DNA from: Eubacteriales bacterium
GTDB lineage: Bacteria > Bacillota > Clostridia > Oscillospirales > CAG-272
Length of the DNA: 64,000 nt
Direction of reading: 5' to 3'
NCBI GenBank assembly: GCA_051867895.1
Contig: JBJDZH010000011.1
Coordinates: 82,540 to 146,539 of the forward strand
This document shows positions 57,073 to 64,000 of the stretch, one piece after another (position 1 is the first letter of the stretch; the number at the start of each line of letters is the position of its first letter). The translations under genes and the position numbers were made by a program. The notes below the pieces were generated by a model, which worked only from the letters and a program-made list of their open reading frames with translations, was not told the origin of the DNA and made no database searches.

Positions 57073-58122
57073 ATGATTTTCAAGAACGCCGATCTGTTCA
57101 ATATCTGCGATATGCCGCCCGCTGCGGACGGACGCGGCGGGTATGACCTTTTCCGTCTGCCGCCTGAGACGCGCGCGGAGGCGGAGGAGAATCTGCGCGT
57201 GCGCACCTCGCACTTTCTGTGCGGCGCGGAGATCCGGTTTGTCATCCGTTCCGGTACGGCGAGGGTGACGCTCCGCACCGCGTCCGCGCGCCCGGAGGAC
57301 GCGCCTCCCGCCTACGGGCAGCTTGTTACCTATTACGGCGGCATCCAGAGCGGCTGGCAGACAGCGTTCTACCGCTATACCGATCAGCCAACGACGCTCG
57401 AGATCGCGCCGCCCACCAATCTGGCAGAGCTGGAAAAGCTGACGCTCCTGAACGGGTATCCGTACGCGCCGTGCGTCGTGCGGCTGCTGTTTCCCAACGC
57501 GCCCGCTGTTCTGCTCGATATCGAGGGCGATATCCGCCCGCCGGAGGAGGAGGAGCTTCCCACGCTGCGCGGTCTGATGTACGGCTCCTCCATTACGCAC
57601 GGCAGCCTCGCGCTGGTGGCGAACAACTTTATCCCGGCGGCGCTCGGACGGCGGCTGCGCGCGGATATCTGCAATCTGGGCTTTGCCGGCTCGTGCAGGC
57701 TGGAGAAATCGGTGGCGGATTACATTGCATCGCGCACCGACTGTGATTTCTTTCTCTCAGAGCTTGGCATCAACGTCCTTGGCATGCCGCTTGACGAGTT
57801 TGACCGCCGCGTGCGGTACTATATCAACACCGCCGCGCAGGCGCACACGGGGAAATATTTTGTCGTGACGGATATCTTCTACTGCGGCTCCGATCTGAAG
57901 GATCACGCATGGGTGAACTCCTACCGCGATATTGTGCGCACGGCTGCCGCGGAGAGCGGCTGTGCGAACGTGCATTATGTGAACGGTCTGGAGCTGCTTT
58001 CCTCCTCCGCCGGTCTGTCCGCCGATATGACCCATCCGAATGTCGACGGCATGGCGGAGATCGTCCGGAATCTGGGCGACGCGCTGGACAGAATCATGGC
58101 GTGTTCCCCGGAGGACGCATAA
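57073..58122 (+). CDS. SGNH/GDSL-type esterase with N-terminal beta-sandwich-like domain
   Basis: MYGSSITHG (block I Ser), GINVLG, and DMTHPN (block V Asp-x-x-His). Confidence 0.6.
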   Translation: MIFKNADLFNICDMPPAADGRGGYDLFRLPPETRAEAEENLRVRTSHFLCGAEIRFVIRSGTARVTLRTASARPEDAPPAYGQLVTYYGGIQSGWQTAFYRYTDQPTTLEIAPPTNLAELEKLTLLNGYPYAPCVVRLLFPNAPAVLLDIEGDIRPPEEEELPTLRGLMYGSSITHGSLALVANNFIPAALGRRLRADICNLGFAGSCRLEKSVADYIASRTDCDFFLSELGINVLGMPLDEFDRRVRYYINTAAQAHTGKYFVVTDIFYCGSDLKDHAWVNSYRDIVRTAAAESGCANVHYVNGLELLSSSAGLSADMTHPNVDGMAEIVRNLGDALDRIMACSPEDA

Positions 58123-58194
58123 GCCGCCGTCCGCGCGCCACTGGCGGATGAGGTTGACACTGCTTTCAAAAACTATATACGGAGGAACATAAAC

Positions 58195-58845
58195 ATGAAA
58201 CTCTTTATTGACACAGCAAACGTGGAGGACATACGCGCGGCAGCCGAGCTCGGCGTTATCTGCGGCGTTACCACGAATCCTTCCCTGATCGCCCGCGAAG
58301 AAAAGGATTTTGTTAGCGTGATTACGGAGATCACATCGATCGTGGACGGTCCCATCAGCGCCGAGGTTGTCGCAGCGGACGCGGATGGCATGGTGACCGA
58401 AGCCCACAAGCTGGCAGCGATCCATAAAAATATCGTCGTCAAGATTCCCATGACTGCCGAAGGTCTCAAGGCGGCGCACCGCCTCAGCGCGGAGGGGATC
58501 CACACCAATGTGACACTGGTTTTCAGCGCGGCGCAGGCGCTTCTGGCGGCAAGAGCGGGCGCGTCCTACGTCAGCCCCTTCGTCGGCAGACTGGACGATG
58601 TATCCAGCAACGGTATGTCTCTGGTCAGCGATATCTCCTCGATCTTCCGCATGCACGGCATTTCAACGGAGATCATCGCTGCGAGCATCCGCGGACCGCA
58701 GGATGTGACGGACGCGGCGAAGGCAGGCGCGAACATCGCGACCGTTCCGTATAAGGTGATCCTGCAAATGCTGCACCATCCGCTCACGGATAACGGCATT
58801 GAACGCTTCAACCGTGACTGGGCTGCCGCATTCGGCACCAAATAA
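58195..58845 (+). CDS. transaldolase / fructose-6-phosphate aldolase (short TalC/Fsa type)
   Basis: [14 protein letters not shown]...GVTTNPSL..., VVKIPMT (Schiff-base Lys) and SPFVGRLDD. Confidence 0.92.
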   Translation: MKLFIDTANVEDIRAAAELGVICGVTTNPSLIAREEKDFVSVITEITSIVDGPISAEVVAADADGMVTEAHKLAAIHKNIVVKIPMTAEGLKAAHRLSAEGIHTNVTLVFSAAQALLAARAGASYVSPFVGRLDDVSSNGMSLVSDISSIFRMHGISTEIIAASIRGPQDVTDAAKAGANIATVPYKVILQMLHHPLTDNGIERFNRDWAAAFGTK

Positions 58846-58857
58846 GCACGCTTTCCG

Positions 58858-58901
58858 AAAAAGGACCGTCCGGACATGTACGCTCCGGACGGTCCTTTTT
58901 A
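58858..58901. terminator. bidirectional intrinsic terminator
   Basis: AGGACCGTCCGG (58862-58873) pairs with CCGGACGGTCCT (58885-58896). Flanked by AAAAA and TTTTT, between convergent genes. Confidence 0.8.
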
Positions 58902-59114
58902 TATACATCTGGGATAAGGCTTGCGCTCATCGGTCAGACCGAGAATATAATCGGTGGACGTACCAAAATACAGCGCAAGACGGATCAGCAGCGTGAGCGG
59001 CAGCTGCCGCTGACCGTTTTCATACTGCGAGTAGGTGCTCTGCCGGATATGAAGATACTCCGCCAGGGCTTTTTGTGTGGTGTCGCTGTCCTCCCGGATA
59101 TCGCGCAGACGCAT
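58899..59114 (-). CDS. XRE-family helix-turn-helix transcriptional regulator
   Basis: TQKALAEYLHIRQSTYSQYENGQRQLPLTLLIRLALYFGTSTDYILG. Start chosen at ATG 59114, 8 nt after AAAGGAG. Confidence 0.85.
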   Translation of the reverse strand: MRLRDIREDSDTTQKALAEYLHIRQSTYSQYENGQRQLPLTLLIRLALYFGTSTDYILGLTDERKPYPRCI

Positions 59115-59144
59115 GTGGTTCACTCCTTTCCGGAATAATTATAA

Positions 59145-59188
59145 ATATCACAAAATGAGATATTGACAAATATCACATTTTGTGATAT
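59145..59188. promoter_or_regulatory. two tandem palindromic operators (likely XRE regulator sites)
   Basis: O1 is ATATCACAaaaTGAGATAT (59145-59163, one mismatch). O2 is ATATCACAtttTGTGATAT (59170-59188, perfect 8+3+8). Confidence 0.6.
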
Positions 59189-59191
59189 CAT
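59163..59191 (+). promoter_or_regulatory. sigma-A-type promoter of the TM2-domain gene, overlapped by the operators
   Basis: TTGACA (59163-59168), a 17-nt spacer, then TGaTATCAT (hexamer 59186-59191). Confidence 0.55.
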
Positions 59192-59234
59192 AAGCAAAAA
59201 AGAACCGGCATATACAGTCGGGAGGGAGGACATC

Positions 59235-59663
59235 ATGGAAAACGAAGCCTTGGAAAACACCCGGGCGCAGGAGCAGCAGGCGCCGGAAAGCGCGCAGCCA
59301 ACGAAATTCTGCAAGAATTGCGGGGGAAAAATCGCAGAGAAGGCGGTCATTTGTCCGCTGTGCGGCTGTCAGGTGGAGGAGCTGAAAAGCAGCGACGCCG
59401 CACAGCCGCAGATCGTCATCAACAATGCGAACAGCAACGTCAATCAGAACAGCATTGTGGGCGCGGCAGGCGGACGGATGCGGAACAAATGGACGGCAGT
59501 GCTGCTCTGTCTGTTTCTCGGCGGGCTCGGCGCGCATAAATTCTATGAAGGGAAGATCGGCATGGGTATTCTGTATCTGTTTACTCTGGGACTGTGCGGG
59601 ATCGGAACGCTCATCGATTTCATCGTGCTGCTGCTCAAGCCGAATCCGTATTGGGTCGCCTGA
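59235..59663 (+). CDS. zinc-ribbon + TM2-domain membrane protein
   Basis: FCKNCGGKI...CPLCGC, then WTAVLLCLFLGGLGAHKFYEGKIGMGILYLFTLGLCGIGTLIDFI (TM2 signature). GGGAGGGAGG RBS. Confidence 0.8.
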   Translation: MENEALENTRAQEQQAPESAQPTKFCKNCGGKIAEKAVICPLCGCQVEELKSSDAAQPQIVINNANSNVNQNSIVGAAGGRMRNKWTAVLLCLFLGGLGAHKFYEGKIGMGILYLFTLGLCGIGTLIDFIVLLLKPNPYWVA

Positions 59664-59875
59664 TAAAAACAGCGTCACGCGGCAGAACGCGCCGCACAGA
59701 AACCACGGGAGCCACAACCTATGGCAAACGGAGTCATTGCGCGGCGGCGGGGCAGCTTGTTGCACAAGCTGCCCCGCCGCTGTTTGCTCTCTCCCCGCGT
59801 TCGGCGTTCCGCCCTCCTGCTTTACGCAGGCGAGCGCGCAGGCGTGAAAAAAACATATTTTTTTCAAAAAAAGGA

Positions 59876-59904
59876 TTGCAATTTTCCCCCGGATATGATA
59901 TACT
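59876..59904 (+). promoter_or_regulatory. sigma-A-type promoter for the tRNA gene
   Basis: TTGCAA (59876-59881), a 17-nt spacer, then TGaTATACT (hexamer 59899-59904), about 24 nt before the tRNA 5' end. Confidence 0.55.
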
Positions 59905-59927
59905 GTTACAGTCTTCCGGGGGCATAG

Positions 59928-60003
59928 CTCAGCTGGGAGAGCGATGCGTTCGCAACGCATAGGTCATGGGTTCGAATCCCACTGTCTCCACCAAAAATTC
60001 CGA
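59928..60003 (+). tRNA. tRNA-Ala (anticodon CGC), CCA encoded
   Basis: 76 nt. Acceptor GGGGGCA/TGTCTCC includes G3:U70. D-arm GCTCAGCTGGGAGAGC, anticodon stem-loop ATGCG-TTCGCAA-CGCAT, T-arm GGGTTCGAATCCC. Confidence 0.93.
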
Positions 60004-60036
60004 ATGCCAAAGCATTCGGAATTTTTACTTATTTCC
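60004..60036 (+). terminator. intrinsic terminator after the tRNA
   Basis: TTCCGAATGC (60008-60017) pairs with GCATTCGGAA (60022-60031), followed by TTTT. Confidence 0.8.
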
Positions 60037-60219
60037 TATTCCACGCTTCACTGAATCCGTGTATCCGGGATTTTGGGAAGTGACGGATAATAGCTGATTG
60101 TGAAGAAGGTGTGGCGTCCCTTCACGGACGGTCAAAATGAGCGGTATCTGCAGCACTGCGATGGCTGGATATCACTTGGTACGCGCCACGCAAAGGATAC
60201 CATCATGGCTTCGGCATTA

Positions 60220-60255
60220 TAAAAAGAACGGCTGTGGGCGCAGCCGTTCTTTTTT
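60220..60255. terminator. bidirectional intrinsic terminator (ends the TetR-ABC operon on the minus strand)
   Basis: AGAACGGCTG (60225-60234) pairs with CAGCCGTTCT (60241-60250). Flanked by AAAAA and TTTTT. Confidence 0.75.
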
Positions 60256-60305
60256 CGTATATTCTATTCCGCCGACGCGTCGTCCGCCGGCTTTCGCGCT
60301 CCGTC

Positions 60306-61904
60306 TTACAGTTCGGCGAAAATGCGGCTGCCGCTTTTCTTGAGCCAGAGATACAGCGCGGTGGAGAGCGCCGCCGTCACAAGGGAAGCGGCGGCAAGAT
60401 AGGCCGGCGCGCCGATTCTCCAACCGATCGCCATATATATGCCTGCCAGAGCGATGGCGTAAGCCCAGCCGCCGAGCAGCCCGATCATGACGTTTATGCT
60501 CTGCTTGATGGGCACCAGCTCGTTCGTCCAGGTGAGATTCGGCATCCGGACGCCGAGAAACAGGTTCAGGCAGGCGGAGAAGAACGTATACAGAAGCGCC
60601 GTGAGGATCAGAAGAAGCGCGTCGAGCGGCTGACCGGGGAGAAGGAATGCAGCGCAGCACGCGCAGAACAGCGCCGGGATCCCGGTCAGAAGCAGCTGCA
60701 CGGACAGCTTGGCGCGCAGAGCCTGCCACGGCGTGACGGGCAGCGACTGCGAAAGCCAGAGATTTTTTCCCTCCAGGGATACGGACGGAGCCGCCATGTC
60801 GTTCATGGAAGCGACCATGCATACGGCGGCGCACAGCAGTACCGCCGTGCATCCCGGACGTGTGCCGAGCACCTCATCCAGTAGGAGGACGAGGTTCTTG
60901 CCCTGCAGCAGAAGAAGTACGCCGCAGACCGGCAAAAGCAGCGTGCCGAGACCGCAGTTGAGCATGTAGTTGGGGCTGGCGGTGAAGCGCCCGAACTCCT
61001 TTGTGAGCAGGGCGGCAGAGACGCTTTTCTGGCGCGCCGCCGTTTCCTTATAGCGCGTTTTGGACGCAGCGCCGCTGGAGGTCGCGATGCGGATAAAGCT
61101 GCGCGAGAGGATCCGCCATGTCAGGACGAACAGCGCCGCCGTGGCGGCGGTGAGGATCAGCATGGCAAGCCAGTCGCCCTCCCCGATGCGTCCGAACAGG
61201 TACAGCGGATAGGCGGCCCCCTTGATTTTCTCGCCGTACACGGCGGCGTTGGCGATCAGCTCGGCGATCAGGGACTGCGCCTTGAAATAGAAGAGATAGT
61301 ACGCAGCGAGGAAAAGCAGGGACACGAGCACCGTGATGAAGCTCTTGTTTTTCAGCCGGAGGCTGATTCTGGCGACGACCCAGCCGAGAATACAGGACAG
61401 GATCAGAACGATCACGGAGATGAGGAACACGAGAAGAAGCGAGCCGATGAACGCAGCGGCGCTCAGGGGAACGCTGATCCAGTATACGATGACGGCGGGC
61501 AGGATCACCACTGCGGAGTACAGCAGTCCGATCAGATAGACGCTCAGAAGGCGGGAGATCATGATATAGCGCACCGGGATCGGCAGAGAGAGGAGAAAAT
61601 CGTTGTCCTTTGCCAGATAGAGTCCGGAGTAGGTGCTGAACACGCTGCCGAACACGCCGAGGAGAACGGCGAGCAGTCCCATCAGCGAAAAATACAGCCA
61701 TCCCATCCCAGTACAGACAAGCGCTTCGCACAGGGAGACGGACAGAAGGGCGAACATGCCGCCCAGAACGCCCACCATCAGGAATGCATACATGCAGAAC
61801 AGCAGCACGGTCGAGAGGGAGGAGCGCTTCTGATTCTTTTTCGCGTCGTAGAAGTAGGCGCGGAAGATCTCGGTCAGCTGCTTTTTAATCAGAGCTTTCA
61901 GCAT
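60306..61904 (-). CDS. putative ABC exporter permease (multi-TM, ABC_export/ABC-2-like)
   Basis: About 12 hydrophobic helices. The start overlaps the ATPase gene stop by 7 nt. Confidence 0.6.
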   Translation of the reverse strand: MLKALIKKQLTEIFRAYFYDAKKNQKRSSLSTVLLFCMYAFLMVGVLGGMFALLSVSLCEALVCTGMGWLYFSLMGLLAVLLGVFGSVFSTYSGLYLAKDNDFLLSLPIPVRYIMISRLLSVYLIGLLYSAVVILPAVIVYWISVPLSAAAFIGSLLLVFLISVIVLILSCILGWVVARISLRLKNKSFITVLVSLLFLAAYYLFYFKAQSLIAELIANAAVYGEKIKGAAYPLYLFGRIGEGDWLAMLILTAATAALFVLTWRILSRSFIRIATSSGAASKTRYKETAARQKSVSAALLTKEFGRFTASPNYMLNCGLGTLLLPVCGVLLLLQGKNLVLLLDEVLGTRPGCTAVLLCAAVCMVASMNDMAAPSVSLEGKNLWLSQSLPVTPWQALRAKLSVQLLLTGIPALFCACCAAFLLPGQPLDALLLILTALLYTFFSACLNLFLGVRMPNLTWTNELVPIKQSINVMIGLLGGWAYAIALAGIYMAIGWRIGAPAYLAAASLVTAALSTALYLWLKKSGSRIFAEL

Positions 61905-62611
61905 GCGTCTCCCTCCAGCTCCAGAAAGACCTCCTCAAGGCTGTCGTCTCCCTTGACCTCCTCCATCGTGCCGGAGCGGATCAGTTTGCCGCCCTTGATG
62001 ATCGCCACCTTGTCGCATAGCTTTTCCGCCACCTCCAGCACATGGGTGGAGAAGAAGATCGCGCCGCCCTCGGAGCACAGCTCCCGCATCATGCCCTTGA
62101 GAAGGTGGGACGCCTTCGGGTCCAGCCCGACGAACGGCTCATCCATGATAATCAGCCGCGGAGCGTGGATCCACGCGGAGATGATCGCCAGCTTCTGCTT
62201 CATGCCGTGGGAGTAGGCGGCGATGGGCTGCGCGAGATCGTCTGTCAGCTCAAACAGATCCGCATAGCGGCGGATGCGTTCCTGCCGCTCCGCTGCGCCG
62301 ACGCCGAAGATGTCGGCGATGAAGTTCAGGTAGCGGATGCCGGTCATGAAGTCATACAGATCGGGATTGTCGGGGATATAGGCGAGCTGGCGCTTGTAGG
62401 CGAGGGGATCCGCCTGAACGGACACGCCGCCGATCGTAATCTCCCCGGCGTCGAACTGCAGGATGCCGACGGCGGCCTTCAGCGTCGTCGTCTTGCCCGC
62501 GCCGTTGTGTCCGATGAAGCCGTAGATCTCGCCCGGCGCGATGTGCAGGCTCAGATCGTCTACCGCTTTCTTTTCACCGTAGGTTTTGGTCAGGTGTTGA
62601 ATGTTCAGCAT
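61898..62611 (-). CDS. ABC transporter ATP-binding protein
   Basis: Start at MLNIQHLTKTYG. Walker A GHNGAGKTTTL, signature SHGMKQKLAI, Walker B LIIMDEPFVGLD. Confidence 0.9.
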   Translation of the reverse strand: MLNIQHLTKTYGEKKAVDDLSLHIAPGEIYGFIGHNGAGKTTTLKAAVGILQFDAGEITIGGVSVQADPLAYKRQLAYIPDNPDLYDFMTGIRYLNFIADIFGVGAAERQERIRRYADLFELTDDLAQPIAAYSHGMKQKLAIISAWIHAPRLIIMDEPFVGLDPKASHLLKGMMRELCSEGGAIFFSTHVLEVAEKLCDKVAIIKGGKLIRSGTMEEVKGDDSLEEVFLELEGDAC

Positions 62612-62675
62612 GTTGCTTTCTCCTTTTTCCGCCCGCAGGCGGCTGACAGTTCTGAAATCACAGGATATGCGCGGG

Positions 62676-63293
62676 TCACGTGTTTGTTTTTCCGAGCGGG
62701 TCAAAAAGCGTGGGAAGGTCCGCGTCTCCCCGGTGCAGCTGGTACATCACGGCGGAGAACTCCCGGCTGAGCATCTGCGAAAGCTCCTGCTCCGAGAAGC
62801 GGCACATGCCGCTCGCGCACAGCACGGCGAGACCGTAGGTGTAGATCCACACCTGCTGGAACAGCGTCCGCGCCTCCGTCTCGCTCAGCGCGTAATCCCG
62901 GCGGAGCACGTCGATGCAGAGCGGAGCGGTGGAGCCGAGGGAGACGAATACGTCTTCAAAGCGCGTCGCGCCCCGGTGCTCCCGCATGAACAGAAACTGA
63001 AAGAGCTTCGGGCAGTCCCGGGCGAACAGAAGCATCCGCAGACCGTACTGCTTGAAGACGGGCGTGCTATGTTCCGCTTCCCGTATACAGGCTTCATAGC
63101 GCGTCATGGCGGCGGCGCGGACTGCGTCCGTCAGCTCCTCCATGTTTTTGAAGACGGTGAAGATCGGCCGGGCGGAGCTGCCGAGTCGCTGTCCGAGACT
63201 GCGCGTGGTCAGCGCGCCGATCCCTTCCTCGCTGATGAGGGACAGCGCGGCGTCGATGACTTCTTCCCGCGTGAATTTCGGCTTCGGTGGCAT
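62676..63293 (-). CDS. TetR/AcrR-family transcriptional regulator
   Basis: Start at MPPKPKFTREEVIDAALSLISEEGIGALTTRSLGQRLGSSARPIFTVFKN (TetR HTH). Confidence 0.85.
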   Translation of the reverse strand: MPPKPKFTREEVIDAALSLISEEGIGALTTRSLGQRLGSSARPIFTVFKNMEELTDAVRAAAMTRYEACIREAEHSTPVFKQYGLRMLLFARDCPKLFQFLFMREHRGATRFEDVFVSLGSTAPLCIDVLRRDYALSETEARTLFQQVWIYTYGLAVLCASGMCRFSEQELSQMLSREFSAVMYQLHRGDADLPTLFDPLGKTNT

Positions 63294-63504
63294 TCGGTTC
63301 TTTCCTTTTTGTTTCGTATCAGTTGTTATGTACCGTGCGTTCTGCATCGGATGATTTTACTGTACCACAGAACAAAGCGTTTGTCAATGGTCTGTCGCAT
63401 ACGGACGAAAAAACGACGGCAAAAAACGCGGAGGATCCGCCAAGGGAGCCCCCGCGTCGTGCGGCAGGTATATACGCTTTGCGCTCCGGCGCAGTCCTGA
63501 CCTG

Positions 63505-64000
63505 TTACGGGCGCTCCGGCGCGGCAGCGGCGCACAGCGGCAGCTCCGTCATGCGCAGCTTGGCGCAGCCGTACGGATACAGTACCGTCGTCTGCGGCGG
63601 ACTGAGCGGCTCGCCGCCGGCGGGGAGCGCGGCGGCAACGCTGTCGTAGCCGTCCTCATATTCCCATGCGACGCGGCACAGCGGCGCCGTGAGCGTCAGG
63701 CTGGGCTTCCGGGAAGAGAACGGGATGCCGTCCCCCGCCGTCTCGCACACCTGAAGCGTCTCCCCCGCGAAGCCGAAGCGCCACTCCGAGCGCGGATACA
63801 GCTCATAGTCGCAAAAGGGGAATTTCCGTTCCACGCCGTCTTTCACATATTCATGCTTTTTGTATTCCGCTTCCACCGGCACGGAGAACAGAAGCGGACC
63901 GTATTCGGCGCAGTACAGACCGGACGGACGGCGCGTCAGATGCGCGTCCCCGTGCAGCCGGAGGACGAAGGATTCGCGTCCGTTCCACGTTTTGCGCATC
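63505..64000 (-). CDS. C-terminal fragment of a GH127/DUF1680-like glycoside hydrolase (5' end outside the window)
   Basis: The ORF is open to the window edge. The C-terminal ...TVLYPYGCAKLRMTELP resembles the family's conserved end. This is a recognition-level call only. Confidence 0.45.
   Translation of the reverse strand, partial: MRKTWNGRESFVLRLHGDAHLTRRPSGLYCAEYGPLLFSVPVEAEYKKHEYVKDGVERKFPFCDYELYPRSEWRFGFAGETLQVCETAGDGIPFSSRKPSLTLTAPLCRVAWEYEDGYDSVAAALPAGGEPLSPPQTTVLYPYGCAKLRMTELPLCAAAAPERP

Noticed and set aside
59749-59775. GGGGCAGCTTG/CAAGCTGCCCC hairpin after the TM2 gene, considered as a terminator.
   Set aside because: The stem is good but no T-tract follows (GCCGCTGTTTGC). It may be a weak or Rho-assisted site, so it is not listed as a feature.
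60137-60343. 68-aa ORF downstream of the tRNA.
   Set aside because: It has no RBS, runs through the bidirectional terminator at 60220-60255, and has a non-coding-like composition.

Overview
This is a GC-rich window with strong GC3 bias and many long antisense shadow ORFs. It reads like a Clostridia-type (Oscillospiraceae/Ruminococcaceae-like) chromosome. All calls come from motif and family recognition by eye; no searches were run.

Layout:
1. 1-11.4 kb: housekeeping genes. These include the carA 3' end, a carB ORF fused in frame to a DapF-like domain, a MIF-type tautomerase, pcp, an SPFH-RHH pair, an ABC exporter, and yceD-rpmF.
2. 11.6-20.4 kb: the regulatory and assembly half of a capsule/EPS locus. 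It holds a CapD-like dehydratase, the CpsB phosphatase, two tandem Wzz-fused BY-kinases, an S24/S26 peptidase and an LCP ligase. No glycosyltransferase, flippase or polymerase is present.
3. 20.5-31.8 kb: the most unusual part, a RiPP-like module.
   - Its genes are a PqqD-type RRE, a 1518-aa secreted fibro-slime/PA14 protein, a 72-aa Cys-containing peptide, an HPr-kinase-like P-loop protein, a secreted GH20 hexosaminidase, a radical SAM/SPASM enzyme and a convergent PF14907-type nucleotidyltransferase.
   - No known class-defining RiPP cyclase is present.
4. 32-39.3 kb: ABC-F, Sir2, and a TPM/LemA-like/TelA/XpaC-like envelope-stress cluster.
5. 39.4-55.7 kb: a complete S10-spc-alpha ribosomal superoperon running from rpsJ to rplQ. 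It includes secY, adk, map, infA (apparent CTG start) and rpmJ (TTG start).
6. 55.8-64 kb: PL22 oligogalacturonate lyase, an SGNH esterase, transaldolase, an XRE/TM2 divergent pair, tRNA-Ala(CGC), a TetR-ABC efflux operon and a GH127-like fragment.

I saw no CRISPR array, rRNA, transposase or integrase.
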